A DNA stretch of 29,276 nucleotides from Octopus sinensis (Eukaryota). The stretch is from positions 1 through 29,276 of the forward strand of contig NW_021833200.1 in NCBI RefSeq assembly GCF_006345805.1, read 5' to 3'. Both the position numbers and the translations under genes were made by a program. The notes beneath the pieces were generated by a model that was not told where the DNA came from, searched no databases, and was given only the letters and a program-made list of their open reading frames with translations. Numbering within the stretch: position 1 is the stretch's first letter; the number at the start of each line of letters is the position of its first letter. This document shows, in pieces, positions 1 to 10,746 of this stretch.

Positions 1-167
1 CAGGAGTGGCTGTGTGGTAAGTAGCTTGCTTACCAACAACATGGTTCTGGGTTCAGTCCCACTGTGTGGCACCTTGGGCAAGTGTCTTCAGCTATAGCCT
101 CGGGCCGACCAAAGCCATGTGAGTGGATTTGGTAGACGGAAACTGAAAGAAGCCTGTCAAGTATATG

Positions 168-221
<54 letters not shown>

Positions 222-434
222 TGTGTGTGTCTGTGTTTGTCCCCCAACATCGCTTGACAACCGATGGTGGTGTGTTTACGTTCCCATAGCTTAGCAGTTC
301 AGCAAAATGAAACCGATAGAATAAGTACTAGGCTTACAAAGAATAAGTCCTGGGATCGATTTGCTCGACTAAAGGTGGTGCTCCAGCATGGCCACAGTCA
401 AATGACTGAAACAAGTAAAAAGAGTAAAAGAGTA
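1..434 (+). mobile_element. tRNA-derived SINE, family A (resembles octopus OK-type SINE), near full length
   Basis: A-box-like TGGCTGTGTGG and B-box-like GGTTCAGTCCC head, internal (TG)n and AAAAGAGT tail. The same body recurs many times in the window. The family name is from recall. Confidence 0.85.
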
Positions 435-565
435 ATAACTTATTTCAAGTTCCAAGAGAGCATTGCTAACTTACTATATCTAACAACAGTATCTTCAGTG
501 ATAAACTAACAAGATGGATGCTGTTAAGAATGTAAAATTCAGATTAAACAATAAAAACAAAGAGT

Positions 566-938
566 ATTAATGCATTCAAGCTTCGGTGTTGGAGGAGACT
601 CTTACGGATTCCATGGACAGCGAGGCTCACCAATGGAGAAGTTCTTAACCAGATCAAGCCGAAACTGTCGCTAGAAGCTAGGATCACCAAGCATAGATTG
701 GCATATTTTGGTCATATTATGCGGAGAAAATCCCTGAGAAGGACATCATGCTCAGAATGGCCAGTGGCAAGAGAGGAAGAGGCCGACCAAGAATCCACTG
801 GCTTGACACCCTCAAGAGTGATACGGGAATGGCCTTAGCCAATCTGAGAGAAGCGGCCCAGGATAGAACTGGCTGGAAGACACTGATCCATTGAGTAACC
901 GAGAGTCGACTTTGACTGAGCGGATAGAGAAAGATAGA
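566..938 (+). mobile_element. RTE-clade (BovB-like) LINE, 5'-truncated 3' end, degenerate
   Basis: Translates INAFKLRCWRRLLRIPWTARLTNGEVLNQIKPKLSLEARITKHRLAYFGHIMRRKSL, then a frameshift, then EKDIMLRMASGKRGRGRPRIHWLDTLKSDTGMALANLREAAQDRTGWKTLIH. This matches the RTE/BovB ORF C-terminal pattern. Confidence 0.9.
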
Positions 939-1198
939 TTACTTTACAACTGCTTTTATTTTTTTTAATGCATATGGTAGTCAGTTCTTGAAATTTTGAC
1001 ATTTGCTTTGGAATTCTATGAAAAAAGAACCTTATACAGTTTCATTCAGTGCAAAAATTACAATATTAAACATTTTGCACGTAAATCTAATAAATTTAAA
1101 TGTTGAAACAATGATCCACCTTGATCCAGCAGATCTTATAAACCACTGTACTCCAACTATGACCACCCTGTACCTTTGACGAAATTATCCAATATTTA

Positions 1199-1433
1199 AG
1201 GTGGCATGCTGGCAGAAATGTTAGCACACCGGGCGAAATGCTTGGCGGTATTTCGTCTGCCGTTACGTTCTGAGTTCAAATTCTGCCGAGGTTCGACTGC
1301 CTTTCATCCTTTCGGGGTCGATAAATTAAGTACCATTACGCACTGGGGTCGATGTAATCGACTTATCCGTTTGTCTGTCCTTGTTTGTCCCCTCTGTGTT
1401 TAGCCCCTTTTAGGTAGTAAAGAAATAGGTATT
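1199..1433 (+). mobile_element. SINE family B (GGCGGCGAGCTGGCAGAA... head)
   Basis: Near-identical to copies at 3792, 5958 and 12991. B-box-like GAGTTCAAATTC; ends AAAGAAATA. Confidence 0.85.
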
Positions 1434-1789
1434 ATCTCTCTGAACCTTTTTTTTTTTAATTTATTTTTTCAGAAACTTGCATGGTCTTTAAGAGAGACTT
1501 GGCAGCAGATCAAATAAGCCTCTTTGTCTTATTCTGATGGCCATGGGGGAGGGGGGGTGTCGATGGAGTTACTTCAGTTTAACCCAAGGTGAACTATGAT
1601 CAAGTACAGCAAAGACATTCCACTGTGTTTTAAAATATGTAGGACTACGTTATCTAATATATCCTTTTGTTATTCAAAACAGGAGTGTGTGGAAAAAGCA
1701 TGGCTGCTATTTCTAGCAGGACAAATGACCAAGCATCAAAGGCTGTCTTGTTGGCTCATGGCAACACCAATAGGCTATTGCTCGAGTTG

Positions 1790-1823
1790 TTGATGATGAT
1801 GATGATGATGATGATGATAATGA
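1790..1823. repeat. (GAT)n microsatellite
   Basis: Direct trinucleotide run. Confidence 0.95.
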
Positions 1824-2115
1824 TAAGGAAAGCGGATGTTGTATGCTACATCTTCCATTATCTCAGTGAAAAAAAATATCCCACAGAACTTAACAGTATA
1901 GCATAATGCTTCAGAAGTTGTATTTGCTTGTTGAGGATGTTGATAACGATGATGATTGCAGTGGTAATGGTGCTGAAGTGATAAGTAGATTCTTTAAGTG
2001 TTACATATAAATAATGAAATTGAGATGGAGGTGTAGGGTTGAGGAGGGCAGTGATACAGGGGTGGTGGGCCAAAAACCATGCACCAAAACATTTGACATT
2101 TTATTTACATATGCA

Positions 2116-2315
2116 ATTATTATTATTATTATTATTATTATATTATTATTATCATTATTATTATTATCATCATTCATTTTGTCCGTCATGTACAAGTACA
2201 TGTGTATTCATCTTTTACCTATTTTATTCAATTTTAGAAAAATTGAAGAATATCTTTGACAATCCTGGAGCATACAGAAATGTACATACACTCACAATAT
2301 ATATATATATTATAT

Positions 2316-2357
<42 letters not shown>
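2116..2357. repeat. (ATT)n and (AT)n microsatellites separated by about 120 bp of unique sequence
   Basis: Direct simple repeats at about 2116-2170 and 2297-2357. Confidence 0.9.
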
Positions 2358-2359
<2 letters not shown>

Positions 2360-2680
2360 AATAAATTAATAGAGAGATTCAATTGACAATGCAATAATTT
2401 ATTTATATCATAATATAACATAATATACTATGAATATAATATAGAACATAACAAAAATCATTAAAAAACAATCCAGCTGTCCTTTCACACAGAATTTTGT
2501 CTGTCTTTAAACCAAAGCTCTGATGAGACTTATATAAGTGGATTGAATTGTTTATAAATCAAATAATGTAATTTTTTTTTAATGTTATCTTATATTATAT
2601 TATATTATATTCATAGTATATTATGTTACATTATAATATAGATAAATTATCAGATGTCAATTGAATCTCTCTAACTTATT
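2360..2680. repeat. AT-rich foldback (long inverted repeat), possible MITE relic
   Basis: Arm of about 2360-2468 (AGAGAGATTCAATTGACA...CATAATATACTATGAATATAAT) is the imperfect reverse complement of about 2572-2680, with a roughly 100-bp spacer. Confidence 0.75.
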
Positions 2681-2785
2681 CTTTTTAATTTGCATTATGT
2701 CCCTATTTCCGTGTATTCAACTGATGTACCAGTGAATTAGATGTTTTACACACCCCTCTGAAAGAATTCCTTTCCTTAGTTTGTT

Positions 2786-2834
<49 letters not shown>

Positions 2835-2835
2835 A

Positions 2836-2975
2836 TCATATAGGCACAGTATAGATGTATGGTAAATAGTTACGTTCAACCCACAGTGTGACACCTTGGC
2901 AAGTGTCTTCTACTATAACCCCAGACCAACCAAGCTTTGCGAGTGGACTTGATAGACGGAAACTGAAAGAAGCTT
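2836..2975 (+). mobile_element. SINE family A, degenerate 5' fragment
   Basis: CACCTTGGCAAGTGTCTTCTACTATA...GACGGAAACTGAAAGAAGC matches 1-150. Confidence 0.75.
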
Positions 2976-3022
2976 GTGTGTATGTGTGTAAAAAAAAAAA
3001 ATTATATTATATATATATATAT

Positions 3023-3332
3023 GGAGGCACAATGGCCAAGTGGTTAGGGTAGCGGACTCGCGGTCGTAGGATTGCAGGTTCGATTCCCAGACGGGCGTTG
3101 TGAGTGTTTATTGAGCGAAAACACCTAAAGCTCCACGAGGCTCCGGCAGGGGGTGGTTGTGATCCCTGCTGTACTCTTTCGCCACAACTTTCTCTCACTC
3201 TTTCTTCTGTTGGCCTGCTCGCCTAGCCAGCGGGGTGGTGTCATTTGAAGGCTAAAACAATGCAAAGCGCATTGTGACCAGCGATGTGTAGAAACATCTG
3301 ATAGCCTGGTTGGTCACGGTGAACATGGTGAT
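3023..3332 (+). mobile_element. tRNA-derived SINE, family C (resembles octopus OR2-type), full length
   Basis: A box TGGCCAAGTGG (3033-3043), B box GGTTCGATTCC (3077-3087), and a LINE-like tail ...GTGACCAGCGATGT...TGGTCACGGTGA. Confidence 0.85.
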
Positions 3333-3435
3333 ATATACACACTTATTTTCAGGTATAAACTTATAGGTTGCTGTGTAACGCATGTCCATAGTTATTGGCT
3401 ATGCAATCTGCACCTGTGATGTAAGGAACTGATTG

Positions 3436-3461
3436 TACACCATCTCACCTGAGATGGTGTA
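3436..3461. repeat. 26-bp near-perfect palindrome in unique sequence
   Basis: TACACCATCTCA-CC-TGAGATGGTGTA, a 12-bp perfect stem. Confidence 0.9.
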
Positions 3462-3589
3462 GATGCAAGATGAGTTGAAACAATTGTAGTGAATTTGAAT
3501 AAAGAATCTTGTGAATTCCATTCCTTGTCTTTGATTTATACACATATATTTATGTGTGTATATATATTTGCGTGTATCATTCACCACTC

Positions 3590-3762
3590 CTTCACTGTCT
3601 GAGAACTGGTATTGATTATTTTACATCCCTATATAAGCAGTTTAGCAACAAGAGACAGATAGAGTAAGTACCAGGCTAAAAAAAAACAACATAAAATTGG
3701 TGCTTGGGTCAATTTTTTAACTAAGACTGTCAATGTGGTGTGCCCCAGCATGGTCACAGTCT
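3590..3762 (+). mobile_element. SINE family A, old 3' remnant
   Basis: GAGACAGATAGAGTAAGTACCAGGCT...CCCCAGCATGGTCACAGTC resembles the family A 3' part. Confidence 0.6.
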
Positions 3763-3791
3763 GACACATACATACACACACATATATAATG

Positions 3792-4024
3792 AAGGTGGCG
3801 AGCTGGCAGAAAAGTTAGCACGCCGGGTGAGATGCTTAGAGGTATTTCGTCTGCCATTACGTTCTGAGTTCAAATTCCGCCGAGGTCAACTTTGCCTTTC
3901 ATCCTTTCAGGGTCGATAAATAAAGTACCAGTTTCGCACAGGGGTCGATGTAATCGACTTAATCCCTTTGTCTGTCCTTGTTTGTCCCCTCTATGTTTAG
4001 CCCCTTGTGGGCAGTAAAGAAATA
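3792..4024 (+). mobile_element. SINE family B, full length
   Basis: High identity to 1199-1433. Confidence 0.85.
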
Positions 4025-4207
4025 TATATGTGCATATGTGCTTAAAAAATGATTCCATCTTAGCCATTTAGCTTTGGGTTCAGCCCCACTGAACAACACC
4101 ATAAGGGAGTATGTTCTAGTATAGCTCTGGGAAGAACAAAGGTTTGAGGAGAAATTTGCTACACACACACACACACACACATATATACATTGATAATATA
4201 TACATTG

Positions 4208-4350
4208 AAGAGGCGGCGAGTTGGCAGAAACATTAGCACGCCGGGCGAAATGTGTAGCCATATTTTGTCTGCCGTTACGGTCTGAGTTCAAATTCCGCCG
4301 AGGTCAAATTTGCCTTTCATCCTTTCTGGGTCGATAAATTAAGTACTAGT
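4208..4350 (+). mobile_element. SINE family B, 3'-truncated
   Basis: Head through ...GGGTCGATAAATTAAGTAC. Confidence 0.8.
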
Positions 4351-4384
4351 TACACATGAAATTCTTCATTTGAAAAATAGGTTG

Positions 4385-4720
4385 CTGACATGGACTGGCA
4401 TCCAGCTGTAAAAATCATGTATCAACACCGGTTGTCAAGCAGTGGGGGTGGGGCACAAACAGACACACACAATATGTATGACAGACTTCTTTCAGATCCC
4501 ATCGACCAAATTTGCTCACAATGCTTTTGTTGGCACAGGGATAAAATAGAAAACCCTTGCCCAAAGTGCCGGCTACACAGTGGGACTGAACCCAGAACCA
4601 TGTGGTTGGGAAGCCAATTTCTAACCACACAGCTTTGCTGGAACACCAACTTGAAGTGTTTGAATAAAAAATGCTCAACTCCAGTACTTATTTCATTAAG
4701 TCTGGTATTGCTAGACTGCT
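4385..4720 (-). mobile_element. SINE family A fragments, degenerate
   Basis: Reverse complement of the family A head and body (CAGTGGGACTGAACCCAGAACCATGTGGTTGG). Confidence 0.7.
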
Positions 4721-4734
4721 AAGTTGCGCACATA

Positions 4735-4769
4735 CAAATACACACACACACACACACACACATTGTGCA

Positions 4770-4812
<43 letters not shown>

Positions 4813-5168
4813 GCATACATATACACACATACACATGCATACATATACACATATATACATACACACACACATATATACATGTATGTATATAAATATATAT
4901 ATGTATATTTTAAATATGTGTGTGTACATATATATGTGTATACCCATGCTAGCATAGAAGGTGGACATTAAGCCATGATGTATGTGTGTGTGTGTCTATG
5001 CATATATATATATATATATACATATATATATCTACATATACATATATAATATATACATATAAATCTATACATATATATACATATATATATATACATATAT
5101 ACATATACACATATATATATACACACACACATATATATACACACCAACACACACATAAATATATATAT

Positions 5169-5207
<39 letters not shown>

Positions 5208-5208
5208 G
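4735..5208. repeat. Compound (AT)n/(AC)n microsatellite tract
   Basis: Direct simple repeats; source of the YI/HT-rich ORFs. Confidence 0.95.
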
Positions 5209-5328
5209 GAGACACATTATCACAAGTTCAATATTAAATAAGTTACCTAGATCATTTTTAGTATTATTGATTGATTTTTTTTTTTTTTTTTTTTGCAGCA
5301 GGATTTCGGAAAACATCAAAGTAAACAG

Positions 5329-5394
5329 TTATACTCGCTGATGCTTATCATCGGTAGTTATCAAAGTATGGCAACATGAAGGTGGCAAAGTCTC
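5329..5394 (-). other. Weak candidate terminal exon
   Basis: Acceptor TATTACTTTTTCTCAG|GAGAC. Frames read xDFATFMLPYFDNYR* or ETLPPSCCHTLITTDDKHQRV*. No homology support. Confidence 0.2.
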
Positions 5395-5849
5395 CTGAGA
5401 AAAAGTAATATTTCAACAGGTCGTAGACAGATGCAAAACAACACGGGAGAAATATGGTTGGCTGAAAGCCAGCAGATTATAGTTTAAAGAGAAGGAATAG
5501 ATTTTTTTTTAAAAAAAAAAGGAGTTAAAGAATGTGTAAGAGAAATAAGGAGGGTGAAAGGATGAGGAGGAAGAAGAAACATGTAGAAGACGCAGTGAAG
5601 GAAGAAGATTAAAATGAAGAATTTCAAGAAAAAGGTGAAGTACGATGGAAAAATATAGGAATATGATTCCAATAAAAACAAGACAATAACAATAACTGTT
5701 TTTAACATAAGTACAATTTGGAGAGGTGAGTGGGAGGGTTAGTCAATTATATCAATCTTGATTGGTTCTTTATTTTACTGATCCTGGAAGGATGAAAGGT
5801 AAAGCTGACCTTGCTAGGATTTGAACTTAAAATACAAAGTGCTGGAACA

Positions 5850-6330
5850 AATATTGGTTTTCCCATTTCGGCACAAGACCAGCAATTTCGGGAAATGGGG
5901 TAAGTCAGCTACCTCAAACCCAGTGCGCAACTGATATTTATTTTATCGACCCTTTTAAGTCGGCGAGCTGGCAGAACCGTTAGCACACCGGGCGAAATGT
6001 GTAGCCGTATTTCGTCTGCCATTACATTCTGAGTTCAAATTCCGCTGAGGTCGACTTTGCCTTTCATCCTTTCAGGGTCGATAAATTAAGTACCAGTTAC
6101 ACACTAGGGTCAATGTAATCGACTTAATCCATTTGTCTGTCCTTGTTTGTCCTCTCTGTGTTTAGCCCATTGTGGGTAGTAAAGAAATAGGTACTTATTT
6201 TATCGACCCTGAAAAGATGAAAGGCAAAGTCAATCCTGGCAGAATTTGAACTCAGAATGTTAAAGACAGACAAAATTCAACTAAGCATTTTGCCCAGTGT
6301 GCTAACAATACTGCCTTAGCTCACTGCCTT
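5850..6330 (-). mobile_element. Old family B-related SINE interrupted by a younger antisense family B copy
   Basis: The minus-strand body reads continuously across the insertion, and TTATTTTATCGACCCT occurs on both sides of it. Confidence 0.7.
5955..6192 (+). mobile_element. SINE family B, full length, nested
   Basis: High identity to the other family B copies. Confidence 0.85.
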
Positions 6331-6937
6331 AGCTCACTGCCTTAGCTGCAACAAATATTGTAAAGGATTCTGTCCAATGCACTTAGGGTTTTGATAATCT
6401 ATTGCCCACAAAACCAGGAATTTTTCTGGTTGGGGAAGGAACGATTAAATGCATTGACCCTAGTGGGATTCATTTTATCAATACCATGAAAAAAAATGTC
6501 AGGTACTGCTGATATCAATGGACCCAGGACTTAATGGGCTTAAGCCTTAACTAAACGCCACAAAACATTTTGTCAAATAGTCTGATAATTCTTGATTTTG
6601 GCACAAAATCAGTAATGGAAATAATAATAGCATAATAGAAATAATATTTGATTATTTTCCACAACAGTTAGATATAACAAAGACAAATTGGAAAAGTGAC
6701 TGAATTCAATATTGAAAATGAGTTGATCAAAGTACATCTGGTCTTTTAAGGAATAAGAAAGAATATCAAAAGCTATGAAATTATTCGCAAGATTTTTAGA
6801 AGATACCAAATCACATAAACGGTCAGAATAACAACTGCTATAATTTTTTATCTCAGAAAAAAGTGAATATATTACAGAGATGTACTTGCATAGCAAGTGA
6901 CTTGATCTGAGATCGTGTTTTGGAATGAAAGCAATTG

Positions 6938-7322
6938 CAGCGTGGAAGGTGTTTATAAGCCATTTAAGAAACACAAAAACCGTTAGATTCACTTCAACAT
7001 TTAAATTTAATTTGTCTAAATACTTTCGTCGCTTTGAGACTGTGACCTGTTCACTGACAAAACTTCGTGCTGCATCACGTATGTATGTATGTATGTGTGT
7101 ATGTACGTACAAAGACAAACAGAATGGGATGATTAGAGTTGGAATTCCTTTGATCAAGGCTGATTAAGACTGAACAAAATAGCGATGCAGCACAAAGTTT
7201 TGTCTGTGAACAGGTCGCAGTCTGAAAGCGACGAAAATATTTTGACAAATTAAATTTAAATGCTGAAGTGAATCTAACAGTTTTTGTGCGTTTCTTAAAT
7301 GGCTTATAAACACCTTCCACAG
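6938..7322. mobile_element. Foldback/MITE with about 137-bp inverted arms and a roughly 105-bp central insert
   Basis: 6942-7077 (GTGGAAGGTGTTTATAAGCCATTTAAG...GTGCTGCATC) is about 90% the reverse complement of 7184-7320. Confidence 0.85.
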
Positions 7323-7453
7323 TGAATATACTGCTTCACGGGAATTCTACCACAAACACCCATTCAGAGAAAATATCTTTTTTGCCACTACTATCGGTAA
7401 TGTTTGTTGGAATATTTCAAAATGGCTAGTGGTTACATGTCAGACAGACTTAC

Positions 7454-7471
7454 ACAGTACTAATACAAGCT
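7454..7471 (-). other. Weak candidate 18-nt micro-exon (phase 2-2, xACISTx)
   Basis: AAAGTTTTTGCTATTTAG|AGCTTGTATTAGTACTGT|GTAAGT. The splice sites look good but could arise by chance. Confidence 0.25.
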
Positions 7472-7739
7472 CTAAATAGCAAAAACTTTCTTTTGTTAAC
7501 ATGCATCTGACTTCTATAATTTTGACATAAGTAGGAAATTGTTACTGAAATATTTTAGAATACCTGGCAGGTATATGTAGGACGGTTTTACATAATAGTT
7601 ACATGTTCCAGCCAAAGCACAACGTCCTTGTGGCTATTGTGCATATTCAGCACTTTATATTTATTTTTTATTTATTATTTTGCACATTACTTAATCATCA
7701 TTATATATTTTATCTTATATTTAATATTTCTATATGTAA

Positions 7740-8137
7740 CTAGTAGTATTGCCCGGCGTTGCTCGGGTTTGTAAGGGAAATAACTATATAAGCATTTTTA
7801 GAGATGTAAAGTATAATAGCCATCTCAATATGGCTAACCACAAAGGTGGGGGGTGTTACTGTAGCTTTTTACGTTCTGAGATTTAATAATAAATTTTTAG
7901 AGAGTTACTTCCCTTATATATGCCAAAAATGCATTAAAAATGGGAAAAATTGATGGTAAATTTTTTTTTAAATTGTAGACTCATCATAGACGCACGCTAA
8001 TACCCAGAAGGGCTCGATATGAATCACGACTATAAGATACCCGGTTTTGGTTAAACTGCACCGCAAAATGTGGGAGTAGTTAGGAATCTAAATTGTAGGA
8101 GACAGACGGCACACAACCTCTCTTTTATATATAAAGA
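7740..8137 (-). mobile_element. Non-autonomous Helitron
   Basis: Minus strand starts A|TCTTTATATATAAAA and ends with hairpin CCCGAGCAACGCCGGG followed by CTAG|T. AT target site, no TSD. Confidence 0.85.
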
Positions 8138-8295
8138 TTTTCTAGATGGCGTAATCTAATTTTTCATTATTGAATTGATAAAAGGTGTTTTTTTTTCTAA
8201 TTTATATATATATATATATATATATATTTTGTGAAATTTGATTTAGTATTTCTAAATTGAATTTTTCCCTGTAAGTTTGGAATAATATTCCCTCA

Positions 8296-8326
<31 letters not shown>

Positions 8327-8786
8327 TATTGTATATCATGCCAGCATGGAAAATAGATGTTAAATGATGATGATGATTGCTGTGTGATACATTTTTTATA
8401 ACGCCTGAGAAAATACAAAATATGAAGATTCAGCTGGAAATTAATTTTATTACATGGTTGGAGCTTTCTTTCATTTCCACCATCTTATTTTGTTGAAATT
8501 AACTACACTTTATTGAAGTGGAAAAACTTGACAAACTGTTGCTCAGAATTCCACATAACTGTTCATCAGACAGTTGAATGCTCATGAGAAATAGTTACGT
8601 GAAACTCTGAGTAACAGAGTTTTATTAGTTTTCTAAGATGTTTTACTCAATCTTTAATATTAGAGTACTATTTTTTGCACCTTTGTTTTACATCTATATA
8701 CTCACATAAGTGTGTGCATACACACACACACACACATATATATAATATATACACATATATAATATATAATATATATAATATATACA

Positions 8787-9140
8787 CATGCATATATGGG
8801 TACAAGATGTCCCCAACAGTAAACAACATGAAATGCAAAAACGAGTTGAATACGCAAACAACTAGAGAAACAAATGGAAAACAGGACAAGTAACATAATG
8901 AATGACCCTTCATCAGTTGTCAGCTGTCTATCTGCTCCCCAGAGAGCAACTGCCTATGAAGACTCATATTGTCGTTCAATGCTCAAAATGAGGAGTAGAT
9001 AGACAACCGACAACTGATGAAGGGTCGTTCTTTATGTTACTTGTCCTGTTTTCCATTCATTTCTCTCGTTGTTTGCGTATTGAACTCATTTGTTTTTGCA
9101 TTTCATGTTGTTTACCTATGGTGACATCCATATATGCGTG
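8787..9140. mobile_element. Foldback/MITE-like element with about 150-bp inverted arms
   Basis: 8787-8938 is the imperfect reverse complement of 8992-9140 (e.g. GGAAAACAGGACAAGTAACATAA / TTATGTTACTTGTCCTGTTTTCC), with a 53-bp spacer. Confidence 0.85.
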
Positions 9141-9207
9141 TGTGTGTGGTGTGTGTGTGTGTATCATATTATTATTATTTGATTGAATGCCACGCATCCA
9201 TTTCCAA

Positions 9208-9239
<32 letters not shown>

Positions 9240-9241
<2 letters not shown>

Positions 9242-9752
9242 TCATCATCATCATCATCATCATTTAGCGTCTGCTTTCCATGCTAGCATGGGTTGGATGG
9301 TTCAACTGGGGTCTGTGAAGCCAGAAGGCTGCATCAGGCCCAGTCTGATCTGGCAGTGTTTCTACGGCTGGATGCCCTTCCTAACGCCAACCACTCCATG
9401 AGTGTAGTGGGTGCTTTTTACGTGCCACCCACACAGGTGCCAGACGGAGCTGACAAACGGCCATGAACGGATGGTACTTTTTACGTGCCACTGGCACGGG
9501 GGCCAGGCGAGGCTGGCAACAGCCACTATTTGATGGTGCTTTTTACGTGCCACCAGCACGGGGGCCAGGCGAGGCTGGCAACGGCCACGAACGAATGGTT
9601 GTTTTTACGTGCCACCACGGTACGGGGGCAGTCGGGGCGGCGCTGGCAACGGCCACAACAATCGGGTGGTTCGCTTACTTGCCACGGCACTGGTATCACA
9701 GCTGCAATTTCCATTGATGTGATCGACTTCGATTTTGGTTCTGCTTCTGATA
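9240..9752 (-). mobile_element. SINE family D ((GAT)n tail, GGCGTTAGGAAGGGCATCCAGC core; possibly MetaSINE-like) with internal roughly 60-bp tandem units
   Basis: The same core occurs at 11907, 15895 and 26581. TTTTACGTGCCAC unit repeated about four times at 9415-9690. Confidence 0.8.
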
Positions 9753-10146
9753 TCTGATTTGATTTGTTTACATATACACAAATATACATATATTACCTTA
9801 TACACACATTACACACAGATATATATATATATATATTATGTTATGCACATGCACGCTCACACCCACACATCCACACTATGATTTGTATGTGTATGGAATA
9901 TGCTTAGTATGGAGCTGGGAAGATCAGAGTTCAAATGAGGACTCACTACATAGTAATACAGAGTATTTATGTTCATTTGTGGCAAAATAATACCTCATGA
10001 AGATCCCATCCATTCCAAGGGCCTAATTAATAACATATCATACATACTAGCAGTTACATATTCATTTAGAGGCCCTTTTTGGTGGGGGGGTGGGGGGGGG
10101 GGGCTAAACAACACTTTTGTATCCCAATGTATTTTTAACCCAATAT

Positions 10147-10225
10147 TTACATGCTGTTATTTATAGCTTTATCTGCTTCAAGTTTCACCATTCCTGAAAA
10201 GAACTGTTTCATGTTCTCAAAGTTT
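10147..10225 (-). CDS. Candidate short coding exon (phase 2 start): NFENMKQFFSGMVKLEADKAINNSM*
   Basis: Acceptor TAAGAATTTAG|A. Open for 25 codons, ending in TAA (or a donor AT|GTAAAT). A paralogous copy at 10610-10679 has the fewest changes at codon position 2. Confidence 0.35.
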
Positions 10226-10418
10226 CTAAATTCTTAATGACATCAACAACATGCAATTTCTCACTGGTAAGAAAAGAGTTTCTAAAATGGTAAGAGAAAT
10301 TCCAAAGATTTCTTTGGTTCAATAGTAGAAATGCTTGTCATGTCTACGGGAGAAGTGGGTTTGTGTCCCATGGTTGACCTTTACTTCCTTTCTCCAAAGG
10401 CATTTTAACCCAATACTA

Positions 10419-10612
10419 AAGTGGTGAGCTGGCAAAATTGTTACCACACCAAACAAATTCTTTGCAGTATTTCTTCCGACAATACATTCTGAGTTCACCT
10501 TTTATCCTTTCAAGGTTGATAAAATGAGTACCCTCTGAACACTTGGGTTGATGTAATTCACTTGCCCCATCCCCTGAAATTGCTGGCCTTGTGCCAAAAT
10601 TTGAAACCATTA
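10419..10612 (+). mobile_element. Old family B-related SINE inserted in a tandem duplicate
   Basis: AAAGTGGTGAGCTGGCAAAA...CTTGTGCCAAAATTTGAAACCATTATT. Confidence 0.7.
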
Positions 10613-10679
10613 TTTGCAGCTTTATTTGCTTCAAGATTCACTATTCCAAGAAAGAAATATTTCACATTTTTTGAAGTTT
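10610..10679 (-). pseudogene. Decayed duplicate of the 10147-10225 exon (NFKNVKYFFLGIVNLEANKAANN after removing a +1 A)
   Basis: About 79% nucleotide identity and the same acceptor context. It has a +1 frameshift in an A6 run, and a SINE replaces its 3' end. Confidence 0.4.
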
Positions 10680-10746
10680 CTAAATTCTTAAAATGTAATC
10701 CAAAGGCTAAAATCCAAGTCATTTTTTTTCCACAACTTGTGAAAAA

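Noticed and set aside
2516-2550. Second hammerhead-like motif CTGATGA-GACTTATATAAGTG-GATT
   Set aside because: The GAAA box and helix III are missing; at best a dead relic.
3023-3095. tRNA-like sequence with A and B boxes
   Set aside because: It continues directly into a SINE body and has no proper acceptor stem, so it is a SINE head rather than a tRNA gene.
4688-5319. Many YI/HT/CV-rich ORFs (also 22867-23239 and others)
   Set aside because: They are translations of dinucleotide microsatellites.
6609-7157. 182-aa minus-strand ORF
   Set aside because: It starts inside a foldback element and microsatellite. The rest is T-rich and stop-poor, with no recognisable motif or codon bias.
9012-9040. 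CTGATGAAGGG in the foldback arms as a hammerhead
   Set aside because: No downstream helix II or GAAA box.
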